Of a stretch of DNA of 64,000 nucleotides, positions 53,501 through 64,000 are shown piece after piece. This DNA comes from Euprymna scolopes (lineage: Eukaryota). The position numbers and the translations under genes were made by a program. Position 1 is the stretch's first letter. Every line of letters starts with the position of its first letter. The DNA is taken from assembly GCA_053919585.1 (NCBI GenBank), contig CM132825.1. One strand, 5' to 3'. The notes beneath the pieces were generated by a model, which saw only the letters and a program-made list of their open reading frames with translations, was not told where the DNA came from and ran no database searches.

Positions 53501-56500
53501 CTATTAGGTTTGCTGTTTTCATATTTACCTACAAACAATTCATTTTCTATGTGATTGTCGACAAGTTTATCAATTTATGCCATCTGTATTCTATCTATTA
53601 GGTTTGCTGTTTTCATATTTACCTACAAACAATTCATTTTCTATGTGATTGTCGACAAGTTTATCAATTTATGCCATCTGTATTCTATCTATTAGGTTTG
53701 CTGTTTTCATATTTACCTACAAACAATTCATTTTCTATGTGATTGTCGACAAGTTTATCAATTTATGCCATCTGTATTCTATCTATTAGGTTTGCTGTTT
53801 TCATATTTACCTACAAACAATTCATTTTCTATGTGATTGTCGACAAGTTTATCAATTTATGCCATCTGTATTCTATCTATTAGGTTTGCTGTTTTCATAT
53901 TTACCTACAAACAATTCATTTTCTATGTGATTGTCGACAAGTTTATCAATTTATGCCATCTGTATTCTATCTATTAGGTTTGCTGTTTTCATATTTACCT
54001 ACAAACAATTCATTTTCTATGTGATTGTCGACAAGTTTATCAATTTATGCCATCTGTATTCTATCTATTAGGTTTGCTGTTTTCATATTTACCTACAAAC
54101 AATTCATTTTCTATGTGATGGTCGACAAGTTTATCAATTCATGCCATCTGTATTCTATCTATTAGGGTTGCTGTTTTCATATTTACCTACAAACAATTCA
54201 TTTTCTATGTGATTGTCGACAAGTTTATCAATTTATGCCATCTGTATTCTATCTATTAGGTTTGCTGTTTTGATATTTACCTACAAACAATTCATTTTCA
54301 ATCTGATTGTCGACAAGTTTATCAGTTTATACCATCTGTATTCTATCTATTAGGTTTGCTGTTTTCATATTTACCTACAAACAATTCATTTTCTATGTGA
54401 TTGTCGACAAGTTTATTAATTTATGCCATCTGTATTCTATCTATTAGGTTTGCTGTTTTAATATTTACCTACAAACAATTCATTTTCTGTGTGATTGTCG
54501 ACAAGTTTATCAATTTATGCTATCTGTATTCTATCTATTATGTTTGCTGTTTTCATATTTACCTACAAACAATTCATTTTCTATGTGATTGTCGACAAGT
54601 TTATCAATTTATGCCATCTGTATTCTATCTATTAGGTTTGCTGTTTTCATATGTACCTACAAACAATTCATTTTCTATGTGATTGTCGACAAGTTTGTGA
54701 ATTTATGCCATCTGTATTCTATCTATTAGGTTTGCTGTTTTCATATTTACCTACAAACAATTCATTTTCTATGTGATTGTCGACAAGTTTATCAATTTAT
54801 GCCATCTGTATTCTATCTATTAGGTTTGCTGTTTTCATATTTACCTACAAACAATTCATTTTCTATGTGATTGTCGACAAGTTTATCAATTTATGCCATC
54901 TGTATTCTATCTATTAGGTTTGCTGTTTTCATATTTACCTACAAACAATTCATTTTCTATGTGATTGTCGACAAGTTTATCAATTTATGCCATCTGTATT
55001 CTATCTATTAGGTTTGCTGTTTTCATATTTACCTACAAACAATTCATTTTCTATGTGATTGTCGACAAGTTTATCAATTCATGCCATCTGTATTCTATCT
55101 ATTAGGTTTGCTGTTTTCATATTTACCTACAAACAATTCATTTTCTATGTGATTGTCGACAAGTTTATCAATTTATGCCATCTGTATTCTATCTATTAGG
55201 TTTGCTGTTTTCATATTTACCTACAAACAATTCATTTTCTATGTGATTGTCGACAAGTTTATCAATTTATGCCATCTGTATACTATCTATTAGGTTTGCT
55301 GTTTTCATATTAACCTACAAACAATTCATTTTCTATGTGATTGTGGCCAAGTAGATCAATTCATTCCATCTGTATTCCATCTATTAGGTTTGCTGTTTTC
55401 ATATTTACCTACAAACAATTAATTTTCTATGTGATTGTCGACAAGTTTATCAATTTATGCCATCTGTATTCTATCTATTAGGTTTGCTGTTTTCGTATTT
55501 ACCTACAAACAATTAATTTTCTATGTGATTGTCGACAAGTTTATCAATTTATGCCATCTGTATTCTATCTATTAGGTTTGCTGTTTTCATATTTACCTAC
55601 AAACAATTCATTTTCTATGTGATTGTCGACAAGTTTATCAATTTATGCCATCTGTATTCTATCTATTAAGTTTGCTGTTTTCGTATTTACCTACAAACAA
55701 TTAATTTTCTATGTGATTGTGGACAAGTTTATCAATTTATGCCATCTGTATTCTATCTGTTAGGTATGCTGTTTTCATATTTACCTACAAACAATTCATT
55801 TTCTATGTGATTGTCGACAAGTTTATCAATTTATGCCATCTGTATTCTATCTATTAGGTTTGCTGTTTTCGTATTTACCTACAAACAATTCATTTTCTAT
55901 GTGATTGTGGACAAGTTTATCAATTTATGCCATCTGTAGGCTATCTATTAGGTTTGCTGTTTTCATTTTTTCCTACAAACAATTCATTTTCTATGTGATT
56001 GTCGACATGTTTATCAATTTATGCCATCTGTATTCTATCTATTAGGTTTGCTGTTTTCATATTTACCTACAAACAATTCATTTTCTATGTGATTGTCGAC
56101 AAGTTTATCAATTTATGCCATCTGTATTCTATCTATTAGGTTTGCTGTTTTCATATTTACCTACAAACAATTCATTTTCTATGTGATTGTCGACAAGTTT
56201 ATCAATTTATGCCATCTGTATTCTATCTATTAGGTTTGCTGTTTTCATATTTACCTACAAACAATTCATTTTCTATCTGATTGTCGACAAGTTTATCAAT
56301 TTATGCCATCTGTATTCTATCTCTTAGGTTTGCTGTTTTCATATTTACCTACAAACAATTCATTTTCTATGTGATTGTCGACAAGTTTATCAATTTATGC
56401 CATCTGTATTCTATCTATTAGGTTTGCTGTTTTCATATTTACCTACAAACAATTCATTTTCTATGTGATGGTCGACAAGTTTATCAATTCATGCCATCTG

Positions 56501-59500
56501 TATTCTATCTATTAGGGTTGCTGTTTTCATATTTACCTACAAACAATTCATTTTCTATGTGATTGTCGACAAGTTTATCAATTTATGCCATCTGTATTCT
56601 ATCTATTAGGTTTGCTGTTTTCATATTTACCTACAAACAATTCATTTTCAATCTGATTGTCGACAAGTTTATCAGTTTATACCATCTGTATTCTATCTAT
56701 TAGGTTTGCTGTTTTCATATTTACCTACAAACAATTCATTTTCTATGTGATTGTCGACAAGTTTATCAATTTAGGCCATCTGTATTCTATCTATTAGGTT
56801 TGCTGTTTTCATATGTACCTACAAACAATTCATTTTCTATGTGATTGTCGACAAGTTTGTGAATTTATGCCATCTGTATTCTATTTATTAGGTTTGCTGT
56901 TTTCATATTTACCTACAAACAATTCATTTTCTATGTGATTGTCGACAAGTTTATCAATTTATGCCATCTGTATTCTATCTATTAGGTTTGCTGTTTTCAT
57001 ATTTACCTACAAACAATTCATTTTCTATGTGATTGTCGACAAGTTTATCAATTTATGCCATCTGTATTCTATCTATTAGGTTTGCTGTTTTCATATTTAC
57101 CTACAAACAATTCATTTTCTATGTGATTGTCGACAACTTTATCAATTTATGCCATCTGTATTCTATCTATTAGGTTTGCTGTTTTCATATTTACCTACAA
57201 ACAATTCATTTTCTATTTGATTGTCGACAACTTTATCAATTTATGCCATCTGTATTCTATCTATTAGGTTTGCTGTTTTCATATTTACCTACAAACAATT
57301 CATTTTCTATGTGATTGTCGACAAGTTTATCAATTTATGCCATCTGTATTCTATCTATTAGGTTTGCTGTTTTCATATTTACCTACAAACAATTCATTTT
57401 CTATGTGATTGTCGACAAGTTTATCAATTTATGCCATCTGTATTCTATCTATTAGGTTTGCTGTTTTCATATTTACCTACAAACGATTCATTTTCTATGT
57501 GATGGTCGACAAGTTTATCAATTTATGCCATCTGTATTCTATCTATTAGGTTTGCTGTTTTCATATTTACCTACAAACAATTCATTTTCTATGTGATTGT
57601 CGACAAGTTTATCAATTTATGCCATCTGTATTCTATCTATTAGGTTTGCTGTTTTCATATTTACCTACAAACAATTCATTTTCTATGTGATTGTCGACAA
57701 GTTTATCAATTTATGCCATCTGTATTCTATCTATTAGGTTTGCTGTTTTCATATTTACCTACAAACAATTCATTTTCTATGTGATTGTCGACAAGTTTAT
57801 CAATTTATGCCATCTGTATTCTATCTATTAGGTTTGCTGTTTTCATATTTACCTACAAACAATTCATTTTCTATGTGATTGTCGACAAGTTTATCAATTT
57901 ATGCCATCTGTATTCTATCTATTAGGTTTGCTGTTTTCATATTTACCTACAAACAATTCATTTTCTATGTGATTGTCGACAAGTTTATCAATTTATGCCA
58001 TCTGTATTCTATCTATTAGGTTTGCTGTTTTCATATTTACCTACAAACAATTCATTTTCTATGTGATTGTCGACAAGTTTATCAATTTATGCCATCTGTA
58101 TTCTATCTATTAGGTTTGCTGTTTTCATATTTACCTACAAACAATTCATTTTCTATGTGATTGTCGACAAGTTTATCAATTTATGCCATCTGTATTCTAT
58201 CTATTAGGTTTGCTGTTTTCATATTTACCTACAAACAATTCATTTTCTATGTGATGGTCGACAAGTTTATCAATTCATGCCATCTGTATTCTATCTATTA
58301 GGTTTGCTGTTTTCATATTTACCTACAAACAATTCATTTTCTATGTGATTGTCGACAAGTTTATCAATTTATGCCATCTGTATTCTATCTATTAGGTTTG
58401 CTGTTTTGATATTTACCTACAAACAATTCATTTTCAATCTGATTGTCGACAAGTTTATCAGTTTATACCATCTGTATTCTATCTATTAGGTTTGCTGTTT
58501 TCATATTTACCTACAAACAATTCATTTTCTATGTGATTGTCGACAAGTTTATTAATTTATGCCATCTGTATTCTATCTATTAGGTTTGCTGTTTTAATAT
58601 TTACCTACAAACAATTCATTTTCTATGTGATTGTCGACAAGTTTATCAATTTATGCTATCTGTATTCTATCTATTATGTTTGCTGTTTTCATATTTACCT
58701 ACAAACAATTCATTTTCTATGTGATTGTCGACAAGTTTATCAATTTATGCCATCTGTATTCTATCTATTAGGTTTGCTGTTTTCATATGTACCTACAAAC
58801 AATTCATTTTCTGTGATTGTCGACAAGTTTGTGAATTTATGCCATCTGTATTCTATCTATTAGGTTTGCTGTTTTCATATTTACCTACAAACAATTCATT
58901 TTCTATGTGATTGTCGACAAGTTTATCAATTTATGCCATCTGTATTCTATCTATTAGGTTTGCTGTTTTCATATTTACCTACAAACAATTCATTTTCTAT
59001 GTGATTGTCGACAAGTTTATCAATTTATGCCATCTGTATTCTATCTATTAGGTTTGCTGTTTTCATATTTACCTACAAACAATTCATTTTCTATGTGATT
59101 GTCGACAAGTTTATCAATTTATGCAATCTGTATTCTATCTATTAGGTTTGCTGTTTTCATATTTACCTACAAACAATTCATTTTCTATGTGATTGTCGAC
59201 AAGTTTATCAATTCATGCCATCTGTATTCTATCTATTAGGTTTGCTGTTTTCATATTTACCTACAAACAATTCATTTTCTATGTGATTGTCGACAAGTTT
59301 ATCAATTTATGCCATCTGTATTCTATCTATTAGGTTTGCTGTTTTCATATTTACCTACAAACAATTCATTTTCTATGTGATTGTCGACAAGTTTATCAAT
59401 TTATGCCATCTGTATACTATCTATTAGGTTTGCTGTTTTCATATTAACCTACAAACAATTCATTTTCTATGTGATTGTGGCCAAGTAGATCAATTCATTC

Positions 59501-62500
59501 CATCTGTATTCCATCTATTAGGTTTGCTGTTTTCATATTTACCTACAAACAATTAATTTTCTATGTGATTGTCGACAAGTTTATCAATTTATGCCATCTG
59601 TATTCTATCTATTAGGTTTGCTGTTTTCGTATTTACCTACAAACAATTAATTTTCTATGTGATTGTCGACAAGTTTATCAATTTATGCCATCTGTATTCT
59701 ATCTATTAGGTTTGCTGTTTTCATATTTACCTACAAACAATTCATTTTCTATGTGATTGTCGACAAGTTTATCAATTTATGCCATCTGTATTCTATCTAT
59801 TAGGTTTGCTGTTTTCGTATTTACCTACAAACAATTAATTTTCTATGTGATTGTGGACAAGTTTATCAATTTATGCCATCTGTATTCTATCTGTTAGGTA
59901 TGCTGTTTTCATATTTACCTACAAACAATTCATTTTCTATGTGATTGTCGACAAGTTTATCAATTTATGCCATCTGTATTCTATCTATTAGGTTTGCTGT
60001 TTTCGTATTTACCTACAAACAATTCATTTTCTATGTGATTGTGGACAAGTTTATCAATTTATGCCATCTGTAGGCTATCTATTAGGTTTGCTGTTTTCAT
60101 TTTTTCCTACAAACAATTCATTTTCTATGTGATTGTCGACATGTTTATCAATTTATGCCATCTGTATTCTATCTATTAGGTTTGCTGTTTTCATATTTAC
60201 CTACAAACAATTCATTTTCTATGTGATTGTCGACAAGTTTATCAATTTATGCCATCTGTATTCTATCTATTAGGTTTGCTGTTTTCATATTTACCTACAA
60301 ACAATTCATTTTCTATGTGATTGTCGACAAGTTTATCAATTTATGCCATCTGTATTCTATCTATTAGGTTTGCTGTTTTCATATTTACCTACAAACAATT
60401 CATTTTCTATCTTATTGTCGACAAGTTTATCAATTTATGCCATCTGTATTCTATCTCTTAGGTTTGCTGTTTTCATATTTACCTACAAACAATTCATTTT
60501 CTATGTGATTGTCGACAAGTTTATCAATTTATGCCATCTGTATTCTATCTATTAGGTTTGCTGTTTTCATATTTACCTACAAACAATTCATTTTCTATGT
60601 GATGGTCGACAAGTTTATCAATTCATGCCATCTGTATTCTATCTATTAGGGTTGCTGTTTTCATATTTACCTACAAACAATTCATTTTCTATGTGATTGT
60701 CGACAAGTTTATCAATTTATGCCATCTGTATTCTATCTATTAGGTTTGCTGTTTTCATATTTACCTACAAACAATTCATTTTCAATCTGATTGTCGACAA
60801 GTTTATCAGTTTATACCATCTGTATTCTATCTATTAGGTTTGCTGTTTTCATATTTACCTACAAACAATTCATTTTCTATGTGATTGTCGACAAGTTTAT
60901 CAATTTAGGCCATCTGTATTCTATCTATTAGGTTTGCTGTTTTCATATGTACCTACAAACAATTCATTTTCTATGTGATTGTCGACAAGTTTGTGAATTT
61001 ATGCCATCTGTATTCTATTTATTAGGTTTGCTGTTTTCATATTTACCTACAAACATTTCATTTTCTATGTGATTGTCGACAAGTTTATCAATTTAGGCCA
61101 TCTGTATTCTATCTATTAGGTTTGCTGTTTTCATATTTACCTACAAACAATTCATTTTCTATGTGATTGTCGACAAGTTTATCAATTTATGCCATCTGTA
61201 TTCTATCTATTAGGTTTGCTGTTTTCATATTTACCTACAAACAATTCATTTTCTATGTGATTGTCGACAACTTTATCAATTTATGCCATCTGTATTCTAT
61301 CTATTAGGTTTGCTGTTTTCATATTTACCTACAAACAATTCATTTTCTATTTGATTGTCGACAACTTTATCAATTTATGCCATCTGTATTCTATCTATTA
61401 GGTTTGCTGTTTTCATATTTACCTACAAACAATTCATTTTCTATGTGATTGTCGACAAGTTTATCAATTTATGCCATCTGTATTCTATCTATTAGGTTTG
61501 CTGTTTTCATATTTACCTACAAACAATTAATTTTCTATGTGATTGTGGACAAGTTTATCAATTTATGCCATCTGTATTCTATCTATTAGGTTTGCTGTTT
61601 TCATATGTACCTACAAACAAGTCATTTTCTATGTGATTGTCGACAAGTTTGTGAATTTATGCCATCTGTATTCTATCTATTAGGTTTGCTGTTTTCATAT
61701 TTACCTACAAACAATTCATTTTCTATGTGATTGTCGACAAGTTTATCAATTTATGCCATCTGTATTCTATCTATTAGGTTTGCTGTTTTCATATTTACCT
61801 ACAAACAATTCATTTTCTATGTGATTGTCGACAAGTTTATCAATTTATGCCATCTGTATTCTATCTATTAGGTTTGCTGTTTTCATATTTACCTACAAAC
61901 AATTCATTTTCTATGTGATTGTCGACAAGTTTATCAATTTATGCCATCTGTATTCTATCTATTAGGTTTGCTGTTTTCATATTTACCTACAAACAATTCA
62001 TTTTCTATGTGATTGTCGACAAGTTTATCAATTCATGCCATCTGTATTCTATCTATTAGGTTTGCTGTTTTCATATTTACCTACAAACAATTCATTTTCT
62101 ATGTGATTGTCGACAAGTTTATCAATTTATGCCATCTGTATTCTATCTATTAGGTTTGCTGTTTTCATATTTACCTACAAACAATTCATTTTCTATGTGA
62201 TTGTCGACAAGTTTATCAATTTATGCCATCTGTATACTATCTATTAGGTTTGCTGTTTTCATATGTACCTACAAACAATTCATTTTCTATGTGATTGTCG
62301 CCAAGTAGATCAATTCATTCCATCTGTATTCTATCTATTAGGTTTGCTGTTTTCATATTTACCTACAAACAATTCATTTTCTATGTGATTGTCGACAAGT
62401 TTATCAATTTATGCCATCTGTATTCTATCTATTAGGTTTGCTGTTTTCGTATTTACCTACAAACAATTAATTTTCTATGTGATTGTCGACAAGTTTATCA

Positions 62501-64000
62501 ATTTATGCCATCTGTATTCTATCTATTAGGTTTGCTGTTTTCATATTTACCTACAAACAATTCATTTTCTATGTGATTGTCGACAAGTTTATCAATTTAT
62601 GCCATCTGTATTCTATCTATTAGGTTTGCTGTTTTCGTATTTACCTACAAACAATTCATTTTCTATGTGATTGTCGACAAGTTTATCAATTTATGCCATC
62701 TGTATTCTATCTGTTAGGTATGCTGTTTTCATATTTACCTACAAACAATTCATTTTCTATGTGATTGTCGACAAGTTTATCAATTTATGCCATCTGTATT
62801 CTATCTATTAGGTTTGCTGTTTTCGTATTTACCTACAAACAATTCATTTTCTATGTGATTGTGGACAAGTTTATCAATTTATGCCATCTGTATTCTATCT
62901 ATTGGGTTTGCTGTTTTCATTTTTTCCTACAAACAATTCATTTTCTATGTGATTGTCGACATGTTTATCAATTTATGCCATCTGTATTCTATCTATTAGG
63001 TTTGCTGTTTTTATATTTACCTACAAACAATTCATTTTCTATGTGATTGTCGACAAGTTTATCAATTTATGCCATCTGTATTCTATCTATTAGGTTTGCT
63101 GTTTTCATATTTACCTACAAACAATTCATTTTCTATGTGATTGTCGACAAGTTTATCAATTTATGCCATCTGTATTCTATCTATTAGGTTTGCTGTTTTC
63201 ATATTTACCTACAAACAATTCATTTTCTATCTGATTGTCGACAAGTTTATCAATTTATGCCATCTGTATTCTATCTCTTAGGTTTGCTGTTTTCATATTT
63301 ACCTACAAACAATTCATTTTCTATGTGATTGTCGACAAGTTTATCAATTTATGCCATCTGTATTCTATCTATTAGGTTTGCTGTTTTCATATTTACCTAC
63401 AAACAATTCATTTTCTCTGTGATTGTCGACAAGTTTATCAATTTATGCCATCTGTATTCTATCTATTAGGTTTGCTGTTTTCATATTTACCTACAAACAA
63501 TTCATTTTCTATGTGATTGTCGACAAGTTTATCAATTTATGCCATCTGTATTCTATCTATTAGGTTTGCTGTTTTGATATTTACCTACAAACAATTCATT
63601 TTCAATCTGATTGTCGACAACTTTATCAATTTATGCCATCTGTATTCTATCTATTAGGTTTGCTGTTTTCATATTTACCTACAAACAATTCATTTTCTAT
63701 GTGATTGTCGACAAGTTTATCAATTTATGCCATCTGTATTCTATCTATTAGGTTTGCTGTTTTCATATTTACCTACAAACAATTCATTTTCTATGTGATT
63801 TTCGACAAGTTTATCAATTTATGCCATCTGTATTCTATCTATTAGGTTTGTTGTTTTCATATTTACCTACAAACAATTCATTTTCTATGTGATTGTCGAC
63901 AAGTTTATCAATTTATGCCATCTGTATTCTATCTATTAGGTTTGCTGTTTTCATATTTACCTACAAACAATTCATTTTCTATGTGATTGTCGACAAGTTT
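8515..64000. repeat. Homogeneous satellite array, ~590 copies of a 94-bp monomer (continues past the window end)
   Basis: Consensus TGTGATTGTCGACAAGTTTATCAATTTATGCCATCTGTATTCTATCTATTAGGTTTGCTGTTTTCATATTTACCTACAAACAATTCATTTTCTA (43 T, 24 A, 16 C, 11 G). GTCGAC occurs at 8536, 8630 ... 63989, a span of 590 x 94 - 7. One orientation throughout, with no foreign insertion seen. Confidence 0.99.
49900..61500. repeat. 44-mer higher-order repeat (4136 bp), ~2.8 tandem copies; boundaries approximate
   Basis: Diagnostic variants recur at 4136-bp spacing: GTGGCCAAGTAGATC at 51207/55343/59477 and TGTAGGCTAT at 51799/55935/60069. The last interval is 4134 because of a 2-bp deletion at ~58812. Confidence 0.9.

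Noticed and set aside
8910-63046. Repeated 61-108-aa ORFs (MSTSLSIYAICIL...)
   Set aside because: They appear only where a SNP or indel removes a monomer stop. The unit length of 94 is not a multiple of 3 and the starts are mostly TTG/GTG. They are useful only as HOR markers.
8515-64000. CRISPR-like array
   Set aside because: There are no unique spacers, the whole 94 bp is repeated, and no cas genes are present.

Overview
Eukaryotic, probably invertebrate, AT-rich non-coding DNA at the edge of a large satellite array. No credible protein-coding gene or CRISPR array is present. About 8515-64000 (running off the window end) is a homogeneous head-to-tail array of ~590 copies of a 94-bp monomer (29% GC, with the SalI-containing palindrome TTGTCGACAA). 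It shows local block duplications and an emerging 44-mer (4136-bp) higher-order repeat. Positions ~326-8515 are an older, degenerate layer of the same satellite family. That layer contains a separate homogenised 21-copy array of a 103-105-bp variant (1251-3446) and several insertions: non-autonomous Helitrons (4899-5785 +; 7458-8045 - with an adjacent truncated copy), a long-TIR Mutator-like MITE with a 9-bp TSD (5903-6240), a 179-bp U2 snRNA-derived insert with a 9-bp TSD (605-783) and an unclassified insert (3737-4471). A hairpin-rich Helitron-related fragment occupies 1-325. The layout fits a layered satellite expansion, possibly (peri)centromeric. I cannot establish a new biological system from sequence alone. 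The most unusual items are the U2-derived insert, the helical-turn spacing of the monomer lengths and a conserved structured cassette in the Helitron-related sequences.
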